Of a stretch of 248,000 nucleotides of DNA, positions 164,437 through 175,389 are shown in pieces (position 1 is the stretch's first letter; every line of letters begins with the position of its first letter). The DNA lies in the NCBI RefSeq assembly GCF_000737315.1, contig NZ_JMCB01000004.1, positions 20,001 through 268,000 of the forward strand, written 5' to 3'. This stretch comes from Hyalangium minutum. Lineage in GTDB: Bacteria; Myxococcota; Myxococcia; Myxococcales; Myxococcaceae. Both the position numbers and the translations under genes were made by a program. Below the pieces are notes generated by a model. It saw only the letters and a list, made by a program, of their open reading frames with translations, did not search any database and was not told the origin of the DNA.

Positions 164437-165828
164437 ATGGCTTACAAGATGAATATGACTCCTAAAGAGGAGCGGACTTCGCAGCGGCTGTTTGGCACGG
164501 ATGGCGTGCGCGGCGTGGCGAACGTCCACCCGATGACCGCCGAGGTGGCGATGCAGCTCGGCCGAGCGCTCGCGTACCTCATCCGCAACGGACCGCACCG
164601 GCACCGCGTCATCATCGGCAAGGACACGCGCCTGTCCGGCTACATGCTGGAGCAGGCGCTCGCGGCGGGCATCACCTCCATGGGCGTGGATGTGTGGCTC
164701 ACGGGGCCGCTGCCCACGCCGGGCATCTCCAACCTCACCACGTCCATGCGCGCGGACGCGGGCGCCGTCATCTCGGCGTCCCACAACCCGTACCAGGACA
164801 ACGGCATCAAGTTCTTCTGGCGCGACGGCTTCAAGCTGCCGGATGAGACGGAGGCGAAGCTGGAGGAGCTGCTGTCCACCGGCGCCATGGACACGATCCG
164901 GCCCACGGCGGACAACATCGGCCGCGCGTTCCGGCTCGAAGACGCCCGGGGCCGCTACATCGTCTTCCTGAAGGCCACGTTCCCCCGCGAGCTGACGCTG
165001 GAGGGGATGACCATCGTGGTGGATTGCGCCAATGGCGCGGCCTACAAGACGGCGCCCTCGGTGCTTGAGGAGCTGGGCGCCAAGGTCATCTCGATCGGCG
165101 TCTCTCCGGACGGCACGAACATCAACGAGAAGTGCGGCGCGCTGCACCCGGAGGGCCTGGCCCGCGCGGTGAAAGAGCATGGCGCGCACCTGGGCCTGGC
165201 GCTGGACGGCGACGCGGATCGGCTCATCGTCGTGGACGAGAAGGGCAAGGTGGTGGACGGCGACGCCATCATGGCCATCTGCACGGGCGAGCTGGTGGCC
165301 CGCGAGCAGCTCAAGAAGAAGACGCTGGTCTCCACCGTGATGAGCAACATCGGCCTGGAGCGCGCGGTGGCGCGCTGGGGCGTGAAGGTGGCTCGCACGC
165401 GCGTGGGCGACCGGTACGTCGTCGAGGAGATGCGCAAGCACGGCTACAACCTGGGTGGCGAGCAGAGCGGCCATCTCATCTTCCTGGACCATTCGACGAC
165501 GGGAGATGGGACGCTGGCGGCGCTGCAGTTGCTGGCCGTCATGTGCCGCCAGGGCAAGCCGCTGAGCGAGCTGGCCTCCATCTTCGAGCCGGTGCCGCAG
165601 ACGCTGCTCAACGTGGTGGTGAAGGAGAAGCGAGAGCTCGGTGAGCTGCCCGAGGTGATGAAGGTCATCCAGAGCGTGGAGCAGCGTCTGGGCAGCGCGG
165701 GCCGCGTGCTGGTGCGTTTCTCCGGCACCGAGCCCAAGGTCCGTATCCTCATCGAGGGTGAGGATGGGGCGCGCAACGAGGCGTACGCGAAGGAGATCGC
165801 TGAGGCGCTCTCGAAGTCCCTGAACTGA
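164437..165828 (+). CDS. glmM: Phosphoglucosamine mutase
   Basis: FGTDG, ISASHNP, DGDADR, GGEQSGH, RFSGTEP. Confidence 0.96.
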   Translation: MAYKMNMTPKEERTSQRLFGTDGVRGVANVHPMTAEVAMQLGRALAYLIRNGPHRHRVIIGKDTRLSGYMLEQALAAGITSMGVDVWLTGPLPTPGISNLTTSMRADAGAVISASHNPYQDNGIKFFWRDGFKLPDETEAKLEELLSTGAMDTIRPTADNIGRAFRLEDARGRYIVFLKATFPRELTLEGMTIVVDCANGAAYKTAPSVLEELGAKVISIGVSPDGTNINEKCGALHPEGLARAVKEHGAHLGLALDGDADRLIVVDEKGKVVDGDAIMAICTGELVAREQLKKKTLVSTVMSNIGLERAVARWGVKVARTRVGDRYVVEEMRKHGYNLGGEQSGHLIFLDHSTTGDGTLAALQLLAVMCRQGKPLSELASIFEPVPQTLLNVVVKEKRELGELPEVMKVIQSVEQRLGSAGRVLVRFSGTEPKVRILIEGEDGARNEAYAKEIAEALSKSLN

Positions 165829-165893
165829 GCAGGGAGTCAGGCGCCCCAGCGGTGGCGCAGGGGCCCTCGGTGAGAGGGCCCCCGCGGCCGGTA

Positions 165894-168800
165894 CTACGGG
165901 CACACGTCGCGGTCGTACAGCGGGAACACGTGGCCCTCGGCGTTACCCGTCAGCGACACAGCGTAGATGCCACCATCCCAGTTGCCGTTGCTGAAGTTGA
166001 TGCGGGCGTAGGGCGCCAGCACCGTGCCGCGGATGCCGAAGCTGGAAGAGGTGATGCTGGTGGTGTCCACGAAGTTGTAGAGGATGTTGCGCGCGTCGAT
166101 GCCGCTGCTCAGCTGGTAGCCGAAGTTGCGCAGCGTGGCCGAGGCGCCGCGGATGTTGATGATGACCATCGAGCCGGCCGGCACGTTGATGTTCAGCAGG
166201 GCCGCACCGTTGAAGGCGCTGGCGTTCACGTTGAAGATGTTCGTCGTCGTGCTCGTGCCGCGCAGGAAGATGCCGCCCCAGGACTCGCGCGTCGTCGTGC
166301 CGTTGGCCGTCTGGTTCGCCAGGTTGGTGGACAGGGTGCGCAGCTCCGCGAACTTCGCCGCGAAGTCGATGGGCGTGCCCTTGGCCAGGCTGCCCCGGGC
166401 GATCGTCACGCCCTGGTTGGCGCTGTAGTTGTTCCCGTAGAACGTGTTCCCGTACACCCGGCCGTTGGCCAGCGTCAGGTTGCCGCCCGCCACCAGCACG
166501 TTGGAGATGTCGCTGGCCGCCAGGCTGCCGCCCACCGCGAAGTTCGTCATGGAGATGTTGCCGCCCGCCGCCACCTTGCCCTGGACGTCCACGCCCTGGG
166601 TGTAGTCCTCGAGGAGGAAGAGGTTGTAGTCGCTCAGGCGGATCTGGGTGCAGGTGGAGCAGGGGCCCACCGTCAGCGGGCGAACCGCCGTGCCCACGTT
166701 GCCCGCGGCGTCCGCCACCCGGTAGGTGACCGTGTACTGGCCCGCGCGCGTCTGGTCGAGGTTGCTGGTGGTGGTGATGGTCTGCGTCAGGTTCCCCGCG
166801 CACTGATCCGACGCCGTGGCGCCCGGATCCACGTAGGGCGAGCCGTTGCACGCGACGGTGGTGGCGCCAGCGCGCACCTGGATCTGCGGAGCCAGCGTGT
166901 CACGCACCGTCACCGAGCGGGAGGCCGCCGCCGTGCCCGTGTTGCCGGACGGATCCACCGCCTTGTAGCTCAGCGTGTAGGTTCCCAGCTGCGCCGTGTT
167001 GACCGAGCCCAGGGTCTGCGTGGCCAGAGAGCCCGCGCACGCATCGCTCGCCGAGGCACCCGGATCCACATAGGCGCCCGAGCCGCACTCCACCTGCGCG
167101 TTCAGCACGCCGTTGATCGTCACCGTGGGGCTGAGCGTGTCCGCCACCGTGATGACGCGGCTGGCCTCGGGGGCCGCGTGGTGGGACGGATCGCTCACGT
167201 TGTAGCGCAGGACGTAGGCGCCGGGGACCTGCGGGTTCACCGTGCCGCTGCGCGTGATGGAGGCCGACAGATTCCCCGCGCACCGGTCCGAGGCCGAGGC
167301 GCCGGACTCGGTGTACGCCGTGCCGCACTCCAGCTGCTGGTTGATCAGCCCGTGGAGCGTGATGGCTGGCGCCAGCGTGTCGGCCACGGCCACCGTGCGC
167401 GTGGCAGGCTCAGAGGTGTTGCCCGCCGAGTCCGTCGCCACGTAGGTCAGCGTGTAGTTCGCGCTCGGCACCTCCAGGTTCACCGAGCCCGTCCGGGAGA
167501 TCTGGTCGCCGTACAGAGGGCCCTCGCACAGGTCGCTGGCGGGAGCACCCGGGTCCGTATAGGTGGCGCCCTTCGTGCACTCGAGCGTCTCCACCGCCAG
167601 GCCGTTGAGCTCCACCTGCGGCTTCACCCGGTCCAGCACCGTCACCACCGCCTTGCACGAGGACTGGAGGCCCTCGCGATCCGTGCACGTCAGGTACACC
167701 TCCGTCTCGCCGATGTCATACGGGCCCGTCGGGCTCTGCGTGCAGCCCGCCATGTCACCGTCCGGATCGCTAGAGCCCTGGTCCACCACCGCGGTGACGC
167801 CGCAGGTGTACTCTGCCACCACCGTCACGTCCTGGCAGCGCGCCACCGGGGGCCGCGGCAAGGTGGGCGGAGGCGTCTGCTGCGAGCGCTTGCAGAACGA
167901 GGTGCAAGTCCCCACCCGGCCCTCGGTGTCGCCGCTGCGGCCGTTGTGGATGCCCTCGTCGCACTCCTCGCCGAACTCCGTGTCCACGTGGCCGTCACCG
168001 CACCAGTTCATGTGGCACGAGAAGGAGCATGTCGAGGAGGCCAGCGTCCCCGTCTGCGCGGGGGTGCCGTTCAGCCAATCGCCCATGTCGCACTCCTCAC
168101 TCGAGGGCGCCTCAGAGAGTCCACAGCCCGCTCCCAGCGTCATGGCGCCGCGCACCAGCAGGTAGGGCGTGCCCGTCAGGAACGTCTCCGTGCCCGGATC
168201 CATCAGGAAGTCCGACATCACCTGCTCGCCGGGGATGGGTCCGTCCGAGGAGCTCAGCGCTATCGCGGCATACGAGAAGTTGCGCTTCGGGTAGCCGGTG
168301 AACACCGAGCGCGCCACGCAGCCGTTGTCGCCGCTCAGCTGGCCGTCCATCAGGTTCTGGGAGACCAGGTTGTTGTACATCTCGAAGATGTGGCCGGAGC
168401 TGGGGCAGCTCGCCATGCCCTGCACCGTGAAGGTGCCGAACGGCTCCAGCAGCTTCACCTGCGTGGGCGCCTGGGCATTCTCGTACGCGCAGCCCAGCGC
168501 GATGTACATGCCCGTGCGGTACTGCTGCGAGTTGAGCACGTGGCTGATCGCGTTCTCCACCAGCTGCGGCGTGCCATTGGTGACCGGATCCGTGCTCAGG
168601 ATGGCCACGTCACCGTCGACGATGATTCCCCAGCGGTCGCGCGTGTCGATCGCAGCCTGGAAGGCGGCCTCGCCGCTCTGGCACGCCCCATCACCGATGA
168701 TGAGGGCGCGGTAATCCATGAACTGATGCGCCGTCATGGCCCGCCACTGCTCCGGCGTCACCACGTCGATCTGAGTGAACGGAGAAGCCGCGGCCACCGC

Positions 168801-169037
168801 CTGTGCCTCGCGGCTCTCCAGCCCACCCGAGACGCTGCTGCCCAGGATGAGGACCTTGTCGCCGCTGCGCATCTGCTGAGAAGAGGTGCTCGGGGCCGCC
168901 GGGGCCGCCGAAGGCGTCGGAACTGCCGCCTCCCGGCCACACCCGAAGGCCGCCAAGGTGGTGAGCAGCCACCCGGTTCGGAGGAAGGAGCGCATTGTTG
169001 GGAGACCCACAGGATTCCAGGAGAGGGACAGGCGCAT
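165894..169037 (-). CDS. Lipoprotein with Cys-rich repeat, DUF5011/Ig repeats and choice-of-anchor A domain
   Basis: AFGC lipobox, CGDG..EECDEG, YTDPGA.A.D.C repeats, DVQGKVAAGG. Confidence 0.8.
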   Translation of the reverse strand: MRLSLSWNPVGLPTMRSFLRTGWLLTTLAAFGCGREAAVPTPSAAPAAPSTSSQQMRSGDKVLILGSSVSGGLESREAQAVAAASPFTQIDVVTPEQWRAMTAHQFMDYRALIIGDGACQSGEAAFQAAIDTRDRWGIIVDGDVAILSTDPVTNGTPQLVENAISHVLNSQQYRTGMYIALGCAYENAQAPTQVKLLEPFGTFTVQGMASCPSSGHIFEMYNNLVSQNLMDGQLSGDNGCVARSVFTGYPKRNFSYAAIALSSSDGPIPGEQVMSDFLMDPGTETFLTGTPYLLVRGAMTLGAGCGLSEAPSSEECDMGDWLNGTPAQTGTLASSTCSFSCHMNWCGDGHVDTEFGEECDEGIHNGRSGDTEGRVGTCTSFCKRSQQTPPPTLPRPPVARCQDVTVVAEYTCGVTAVVDQGSSDPDGDMAGCTQSPTGPYDIGETEVYLTCTDREGLQSSCKAVVTVLDRVKPQVELNGLAVETLECTKGATYTDPGAPASDLCEGPLYGDQISRTGSVNLEVPSANYTLTYVATDSAGNTSEPATRTVAVADTLAPAITLHGLINQQLECGTAYTESGASASDRCAGNLSASITRSGTVNPQVPGAYVLRYNVSDPSHHAAPEASRVITVADTLSPTVTINGVLNAQVECGSGAYVDPGASASDACAGSLATQTLGSVNTAQLGTYTLSYKAVDPSGNTGTAAASRSVTVRDTLAPQIQVRAGATTVACNGSPYVDPGATASDQCAGNLTQTITTTSNLDQTRAGQYTVTYRVADAAGNVGTAVRPLTVGPCSTCTQIRLSDYNLFLLEDYTQGVDVQGKVAAGGNISMTNFAVGGSLAASDISNVLVAGGNLTLANGRVYGNTFYGNNYSANQGVTIARGSLAKGTPIDFAAKFAELRTLSTNLANQTANGTTTRESWGGIFLRGTSTTTNIFNVNASAFNGAALLNINVPAGSMVIINIRGASATLRNFGYQLSSGIDARNILYNFVDTTSITSSSFGIRGTVLAPYARINFSNGNWDGGIYAVSLTGNAEGHVFPLYDRDVCP

Positions 169038-169318
169038 GAGCAGGGTTCCTTCTTCTTGGTTTCTAAGAATTCGATTAAATCTCGGAAGACCGTGAGATAT
169101 TGAATTCCAGAGAATGATTCCTGTTCAGGCGGATAATTGCAAGCACACCTGAAATAAAGAGCTGGCGGAAGGTGAGCAGAGCCGCCGCCATTTCCCCAGG
169201 GCCTCACCGTGTGTAGCGCGGTGTCCCCGCAGCGGCTGCGGGCCGAGTGTTCCAGTGTATGGGGAATGTTGACATCGCTGTGGCAGGCCCCAATAGAGGA
169301 AGGAGCAAGGAGCGGCCC

Positions 169319-170044
169319 ATGGGACAGCGGTTGGGTGTGAACGTGGATCACGTGGCGACGCTGCGGCAGGCGCGGCGCACCACGTATCCGGATCCAGTCA
169401 CGGCGGCGGCGCTGGCGGAGCTGGCCGGCGCGCAGCAGATCACCATCCACCTGCGCGAGGATCGCCGCCACATCCAGGACCGCGATCTGCGCATCCTCCG
169501 GGAGACGTGCCAGACGCTGCTGAACCTGGAGATGGCGGCCACCACGGAGATGGTGAAGATCGCCTACGAGTACAAGCCGGACGTGGCGACGCTGGTGCCC
169601 GAGCGCCGCGAGGAGCTCACCACCGAGGGCGGGCTCGACGTGAACGGCCAGCGCGAGCACGTGGCCAAGATCATCAAGAACCTCAAGGACGGGGAGATCA
169701 CCGTCTCGCTGTTCATCGATCCGGACCTGGATCAGGTGCGCGCGGCGCACAAGGTGGATGCGGATCGGATCGAGCTGCACACCGGCCGCTACTGCGAGGC
169801 GCGCAACGAGCGTGAGCGGGGCCGGGAGCTGAGCCGCATCATCGATGCCTCCAAGGCCGCCGCGAAGCTGGGCATGAGCGTGGCCGCGGGCCACGGGCTC
169901 AACTACGACAACGTGCAGCCGGTTGCCCGCATCCGGGAAATCGACGAGCTGAACATCGGGCACGCCATCGTGGGCCGCGCGGTGCTGGTGGGCTTCGAGC
170001 GGGCGGTGCGGGAGATGCTGGAGCTGATGCGCAACCCGGGGTAG
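169319..170044 (+). CDS. pdxJ: Pyridoxine 5'-phosphate synthase
   Basis: [30 protein letters not shown]. Confidence 0.97.
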   Translation: MGQRLGVNVDHVATLRQARRTTYPDPVTAAALAELAGAQQITIHLREDRRHIQDRDLRILRETCQTLLNLEMAATTEMVKIAYEYKPDVATLVPERREELTTEGGLDVNGQREHVAKIIKNLKDGEITVSLFIDPDLDQVRAAHKVDADRIELHTGRYCEARNERERGRELSRIIDASKAAAKLGMSVAAGHGLNYDNVQPVARIREIDELNIGHAIVGRAVLVGFERAVREMLELMRNPG

Positions 170045-170046
170045 CG

Positions 170047-170424
170047 ATGGCGATCGTCGGCCTGGGGATGGACATCTGCTCGGTGGAGCGCATCCAGCGC
170101 ATCCTGCAGGGGCCTCGTGCCGAGCGCTTCCTGGAGCGCGTGTACACGGATGCTGAGCGCGCCCTGTGCAGCGAGCGGGCGGACTCCGCGAGCGCCTATG
170201 CCGCGCGCTTCGCCGCGAAGGAGGCCCTGGTGAAGGCGCTGGGGGCTCCGCCGGGGATTCGCTGGCGGGACATGGAGGTAGTGCGCACCGGTGGCATGCC
170301 GCGCTTCACCGTGTCCGGCGTGGCCCGCGAGGTGATGGAGCAGCGGCGCGTAGAGGCGCTGCTGACGATGACCCACGACGCAGGGGTGGCTGCGGCCACC
170401 GTCATCCTGCAGGAGCGGCCTTGA
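170047..170424 (+). CDS. acpS: Holo-ACP synthase
   Basis: GLGMDI, ARFAAKEA. Confidence 0.93.
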   Translation: MAIVGLGMDICSVERIQRILQGPRAERFLERVYTDAERALCSERADSASAYAARFAAKEALVKALGAPPGIRWRDMEVVRTGGMPRFTVSGVAREVMEQRRVEALLTMTHDAGVAAATVILQERP

Positions 170425-170425
170425 G

Positions 170426-171958
170426 ATGCAGAGCGCCCTGACCGCCGCACAGATGCGCCAGGCAGAGCAGGCCGGCGACGACCAGCTGGGGATGTCCTCG
170501 GCGCTGCTCATGGAGAACGCGGGCCGGGCGCTCGCGGACGCGGCGCGGAGCGTGGTGGGGCCGCAGGGGCGGTTCCTCGTCGTCTGCGGGCCAGGGAACA
170601 ACGGCGGCGATGGGTTCGTGGCGGCGCGGTTCCTCCTGGAGGGCGGGGCCCGGGTGTCCGTGGCGCTGGTGGGCGACAAGTCGAGGATGTCCGCCGAGGC
170701 CCAGCGCGCCATGAAGGGGCTCGTGTCGTTTGGCATCGCGCCGCAGCCGCTGGAGGCGCTCTCGCGGCCGAGGGCCGGAGACGTGGTGGTGGATGCGATC
170801 TTCGGCACTGGGCTGAACCGTGCGCCCGCGGGCCCTTTCGCGGAGGCCATCTTTCGCATCTACCGGTGGCGCAGGATCGGCGTGAAGGTGGTGGCCGCGG
170901 ACGTGCCCTCGGGTTTGCAGAGCGACACGGGGGAGGCCTTCCTTCCGTACCTGGAGGCGGACATCACCGTCTCCTTCGGGTTCCTCAAGCGCGGGCAGGT
171001 GGTGGAACCGGGGGCCTCGCTCTGTGGTGAGCTGCGGCGGGTGGACATAGGCCTGTCTCCGGTGGCGCTCCAGGTGGTCACCGGGCCTGTGCTGCGGGTC
171101 GTGGAGGAGGCGGATGCCCGTGAGGCGCTGCCAGCCCGGCGTTCGGACAGCCACAAGGGGACGTACGGGCACGTGCTGGTGGTGGCTGGGAGCCGGGGTA
171201 AGTCCGGCGCGGCCGCGCTGGTGTCCCGGGCGGTGCTGCGCTCGGGCGCGGGGCTCGTCTCCGTGGCGACGCGAGGGGATGTCTTGGATGCCGTGCTGGC
171301 TCACTCGCCCGAGGTGATGGGGATCCCGATGGAGCGAGCCGGAGCACTCGGGTCCGCGGATCTCAACATCCTGCTGGAGGCCGCTGAGGAGAAGGATGCG
171401 CTCGTCATCGGTCCCGGCATTCCTCGCGGGCCGGAGACGGGCAAGTTGATCGGCGAGCTGCTCGAGCGCGTGGATGCACCCGTGGTGCTCGATGCGGACG
171501 CGCTCAACGCCGTGGCCTCGGATCTGGCGGTGCTGCGCCGCGCGAAGAAGCCCGTCATCCTCACGCCGCACCCGGGGGAGATGGCCCGGCTCACCGGACG
171601 CTCCACCAAGGAGGTTCAGGCGAACCGGCTGGAGGTGGCGCGAGGCTTCGCGACACAGCACGGGGTGACGCTCGTCCTCAAGGGATCTCGGACGATCATC
171701 GCGAGCCCGGATGGCGAGCTCTTCGTGAACCCGACGGGGAACGCGGGCATGGCCACGGCGGGGGCAGGGGATGTGCTCTCCGGCATCTGCGGAGCGTTCC
171801 TGGCGCAGGGAATCCGGGCACCCGATGCAGCCTGGGCCGCTGTCTACGCCCACGGCCTCGCGGGAGATCTCGCTGCGGCCCGGAGAGGGAAGGTGGGGCT
171901 CATGGCCTCGGATATCGCCGAGGGACTGTGCGACGTCTGGACGCGGTGGGGAAGATGA
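170426..171958 (+). CDS. nnr: Bifunctional NAD(P)H-hydrate epimerase/dehydratase
   Basis: GPGNNGGDG, LTPHPGE, TAGAGDVLSG. Confidence 0.95.
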   Translation: MQSALTAAQMRQAEQAGDDQLGMSSALLMENAGRALADAARSVVGPQGRFLVVCGPGNNGGDGFVAARFLLEGGARVSVALVGDKSRMSAEAQRAMKGLVSFGIAPQPLEALSRPRAGDVVVDAIFGTGLNRAPAGPFAEAIFRIYRWRRIGVKVVAADVPSGLQSDTGEAFLPYLEADITVSFGFLKRGQVVEPGASLCGELRRVDIGLSPVALQVVTGPVLRVVEEADAREALPARRSDSHKGTYGHVLVVAGSRGKSGAAALVSRAVLRSGAGLVSVATRGDVLDAVLAHSPEVMGIPMERAGALGSADLNILLEAAEEKDALVIGPGIPRGPETGKLIGELLERVDAPVVLDADALNAVASDLAVLRRAKKPVILTPHPGEMARLTGRSTKEVQANRLEVARGFATQHGVTLVLKGSRTIIASPDGELFVNPTGNAGMATAGAGDVLSGICGAFLAQGIRAPDAAWAAVYAHGLAGDLAAARRGKVGLMASDIAEGLCDVWTRWGR

Positions 171959-172431
171959 GTGCGCCCTCGCTGACGCGCACGCTGCGCTCGGAATCTCCCG
172001 AGGAGACGCACCGGATGGGCGTGCGCCTGGGCGAGCTGCTCCAGCCTGGGGACTTCGTGGGGCTGATCGGCGATCTGGGCGCAGGCAAGACGCACCTGGT
172101 GCGCGGCGTGGCCGAGGGCGCGCAGGTGGCCCGCTCCGAAGTGGCCAGTCCCACCTTCGCCATCGTCTATCCGTACCGGGGACGCATTCCGCTGTACCAC
172201 GCGGACCTCTACCGCATCGCGGACTACGACGAGCTGTACGCCACCGGCTTCCTCGATCTGATCGGAGGCGATGGCGCGGTGCTGGTGGAGTGGCTGGATC
172301 GCGTCCCCCAGGCCGCGCCGCGCGAGTACCTGCGGCTGACACTGCGGCCCGTGGCGGACGATGCGCGCGAGCTGCACGCCGAGGCCTTCGGCTCCAGGCC
172401 CGCGGAGCTGCTCTCGCGCTGGGCTCCCTGA
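171955..172431 (+). CDS. tsaE: t6A biosynthesis ATPase
   Basis: GDLGAGKT, SPTF, HADLYR, VEW. Confidence 0.95.
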   Translation: MSAPSLTRTLRSESPEETHRMGVRLGELLQPGDFVGLIGDLGAGKTHLVRGVAEGAQVARSEVASPTFAIVYPYRGRIPLYHADLYRIADYDELYATGFLDLIGGDGAVLVEWLDRVPQAAPREYLRLTLRPVADDARELHAEAFGSRPAELLSRWAP

Positions 172432-172448
172432 GCCGGTGTGACTCGGCC

Positions 172449-173273
172449 TCAGCCCACCACGGCGAGATCCGAGAGGCGCCAGCGATGCAGCGTCAGCCCG
172501 CTGTCCACTCCGACCACCTCGTCCTCGGAGACCTCGTTCCACGCGGTGTGGTTGCCGCACAGCGCCTCGCTGGCGATGAGCAGCTGCTCCACCTTCACGC
172601 CGTTCTGGAGCCGCGCCATCGCGCACGACTCCGAGCGCCGCCCGTCCGACAGGTACAGCGTGCGGTTGCGGCGCGTGGCCACCATCACCTCACCGTTGGT
172701 GACCAGGAAGTTCATCGCCGAGCGATCCTGCCCTGGCTGATCCGTGATGGATGCCACCAGTTGCATCGTCTCGGCCAGCGACGCCGCCACGTCCTCCACG
172801 CGCGCCGTTCCATCCAGCGAGGTCCGCGAGGCCATCCGCGTGAGGAAGACGTGGAAGCAGCGCTCGGAGTCCGTCGTGCCGTGGATGTTCGGGCGCAGAT
172901 CCTCGCTGATGAGCGACTCCACCGCTCGGCGGTGCTGCTCGAAGTTCTTCAGCGTCCCGTTGTGCACGAACGACCAGCGGCCATACAGGAACGGGTGCGA
173001 GTTGCGCATCTCCACCGCTCCCACCGAGGCCAGCCGGATGTGTGCCACCACGGTGTGAGAAGACACCAGGCTGCTCACCCGGAGGAAGTCTGGATCGCTG
173101 TGAGCCGGGCCGACGCCGTGCGCGACCTTCGGGCTCGGATCCACACCATACGCCGCGATTCCCCAGCCATCCTTGTGCTCGCGCGACTGGATGACGAGCG
173201 AGTTCTTCTCGGTCACAAGGGCCGGATGAACGGCGGCGGGAACAGCAGAGCGGAAACCAAAAAGGCGGCACAT
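172449..173273 (-). CDS. Class II glutamine amidotransferase
   Basis: (M)CRLF Cys1, DGWG, HNG, TDSE. Confidence 0.9.
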   Translation of the reverse strand: MCRLFGFRSAVPAAVHPALVTEKNSLVIQSREHKDGWGIAAYGVDPSPKVAHGVGPAHSDPDFLRVSSLVSSHTVVAHIRLASVGAVEMRNSHPFLYGRWSFVHNGTLKNFEQHRRAVESLISEDLRPNIHGTTDSERCFHVFLTRMASRTSLDGTARVEDVAASLAETMQLVASITDQPGQDRSAMNFLVTNGEVMVATRRNRTLYLSDGRRSESCAMARLQNGVKVEQLLIASEALCGNHTAWNEVSEDEVVGVDSGLTLHRWRLSDLAVVG

Positions 173274-173377
173274 AGCGTTCGACCAACAGAATGATAACGG
173301 CCAACCCCGGCCAACGATAAGACGCCTATCGGGCCGAGCAAGGTTCACTATCAAGAGGTCGTCACTCCCCCTCTTAT

Positions 173378-174643
173378 TCACTCACACAGGGCCGCACCGT
173401 CGCGCACGAGCAGACGCCCGTATTTCAACACCGCCCGAGCGTGGTTCACTCCAAGGTGGTAGGGCAGATGCCGATAGTTTGTGCACGAAAAGATCACGAG
173501 ATCGGCCACGTCTCCCACCGCCAGCCGCCCGTGAGAGGGCAGGCCCAGGGCCAGAGCGGCACCTCGGGTGGCCGCCCAGTACACCTCGGCCGCCGAGAGC
173601 CCGTTCTCCAGGCAGCCGAGCCCCATGGCCAGCGGAAGATTCTCTGACATCGCCGAGCCGGGATTGATGTTGGTGCCCAAAGCAATGTTGACCCCAGCCT
173701 CGCGCAGCTTTCGGCCCGGGGCGTAAGGGCGCATGCGTACGAAGAGGGTGGAGGTGGGAACGAGCACGGCGGTGACGTCCGCGGCCGCCAGCGCGCGGAT
173801 GCCCGCCTCGCTCACGTTCTCCAAATGGTCCACGGTGGCGGCGCCCAGCTCGGCGGCCAGCTCCGCACCCCCGCCCGAGGTGAGCTGATCCCCGTGCAGC
173901 CGAGGCCGCAGCCCCAGCGCCTTCGCGGCGGTGAGCAGCCGGCGCGCATCGTCCGGGGTGAAGGCGCTCTGCTCCACGAAGATGTCGCAGAAGCGCGCGA
174001 GCCCCTCGCGAGCCACGGCCGGGAGGATCTCCTGGACGCACAGCTCCACGTACGCTTCGCGGCGGCCCTTGAACTCCTCGGGCACCGCGTGGGCGCACAG
174101 CAGCGTGGGCACCAGCTCCACGGGTGACAGGCTCGCCAGCCGGCGCACCACCCGCAGCATCTTCAGCTCGTTCTCGACATCCAGCCCGTAGCCGCTCTTC
174201 ACCTCGGCCGTCGTCACTCCGTACTCGAGCAGGCGCTGGAGTCGGGGCAGGGCGAGGCGCACCAGCTCTTCCTCGCTCGCGGCCCGCGTGGCGCGCACGG
174301 TGCTGACGATGCCACCGCCCGCCTGGGCAATCTCTAGATACGTGGCGCCCTGGTTCCGCAGATCGAACTCACGGGAGCGCTCGCCCGCGAAGACCAGGTG
174401 CGTGTGCGGATCCACGAAGCCTGGGCCCACCATGCGGCCCTCGGCGTCCAGGATCTCCGTGCTCGGCGTGACAGCCCCAGGCGGCAGATCTGGCTCCTGG
174501 CCGACCCACGCTACGCGGCCTCCGCGCACGCCCACGCACGCTCGGGGCCGAGGCGTGAGGGCCTGCTCGGCGGGCTCTCGGTGCGAGCCCTCCACGGTGA
174601 GGACCTCGGAGGTGTTACGGACGAGAAGATCCAGCGGTTCCAT
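173378..174643 (-). CDS. hutI: Imidazolonepropionase
   Basis: DPHTHLVF, EVKSGYG, HGDQL, NPGS. Confidence 0.95.
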   Translation of the reverse strand: MEPLDLLVRNTSEVLTVEGSHREPAEQALTPRPRACVGVRGGRVAWVGQEPDLPPGAVTPSTEILDAEGRMVGPGFVDPHTHLVFAGERSREFDLRNQGATYLEIAQAGGGIVSTVRATRAASEEELVRLALPRLQRLLEYGVTTAEVKSGYGLDVENELKMLRVVRRLASLSPVELVPTLLCAHAVPEEFKGRREAYVELCVQEILPAVAREGLARFCDIFVEQSAFTPDDARRLLTAAKALGLRPRLHGDQLTSGGGAELAAELGAATVDHLENVSEAGIRALAAADVTAVLVPTSTLFVRMRPYAPGRKLREAGVNIALGTNINPGSAMSENLPLAMGLGCLENGLSAAEVYWAATRGAALALGLPSHGRLAVGDVADLVIFSCTNYRHLPYHLGVNHARAVLKYGRLLVRDGAALCE

Positions 174644-174646
174644 GGC

Positions 174647-175381
174647 TCACCGTGCCCAGCGCCCGCCGAGGATGGGGGAGTTCCAGCCCTTCTCCCCGGG
174701 AGCCTTCACCCGGCCCGCGCCTCCGGACAGCTCGAATTGATCCACCCTGCCCAGCGGCAGCTGCACCACCGCCGCCGCGCCGTAGAACAGCGGCGTCGCA
174801 CGCTCGTTCTGCGAGAAGACCCGGTGGATGCCCAGGAAGGGCACGATGCCCAGACAGACGCGCTCCTCGGGGGAGGCGTAGATGGCCAGGGAGGTCTCCG
174901 CGCCGAAGATGCTCCCGGGGCCGCCGCGCGTGTCGATGCCGAAGTCCGTCGCGCCGCGCACTACCACCGAGGGCGCCACGCCGAACGTGGGCGTGCCGTA
175001 CCAGCTCGACAGCCCCAGGTAGACGCCATAGCCGGGCAGCGGGAGCGGATAGTAGATCTCCCCGTTCACGCCCAGGTGCAGCGCGAGCTTCTCCGTGAGC
175101 GGCTTCTGCACCGCGAAGTCGTAGGCTATCGACCATTGCTGCGGGGAGAAGCTGGCGCCGTTGCCGGCGAAGGGCTGCGTGCTGTCGAAGCGCGCGGCGA
175201 GCGGCGCTGACAGGCGAGGACCGCTCCTCAGGCCCGCCTGGAGCAGGCTCTGGTCCGGGTGCCCCGGCCCCAGCCGCATCACCATGGGGCTCACGGTGGT
175301 GGGGGCACAGCCCGCCAGCCAGGCCAGCGCCACGAGCGCCACCACCCCCCAGCCTCCATGTCTCGGGAAGGGTGTCTCCAT
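174647..175381 (-). CDS. Hypothetical lipoprotein (beta-strand-rich)
   Basis: LAGC lipobox. Confidence 0.55.
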   Translation of the reverse strand: METPFPRHGGWGVVALVALAWLAGCAPTTVSPMVMRLGPGHPDQSLLQAGLRSGPRLSAPLAARFDSTQPFAGNGASFSPQQWSIAYDFAVQKPLTEKLALHLGVNGEIYYPLPLPGYGVYLGLSSWYGTPTFGVAPSVVVRGATDFGIDTRGGPGSIFGAETSLAIYASPEERVCLGIVPFLGIHRVFSQNERATPLFYGAAAVVQLPLGRVDQFELSGGAGRVKAPGEKGWNSPILGGRWAR

Positions 175382-175389
175382 GCCGTGCC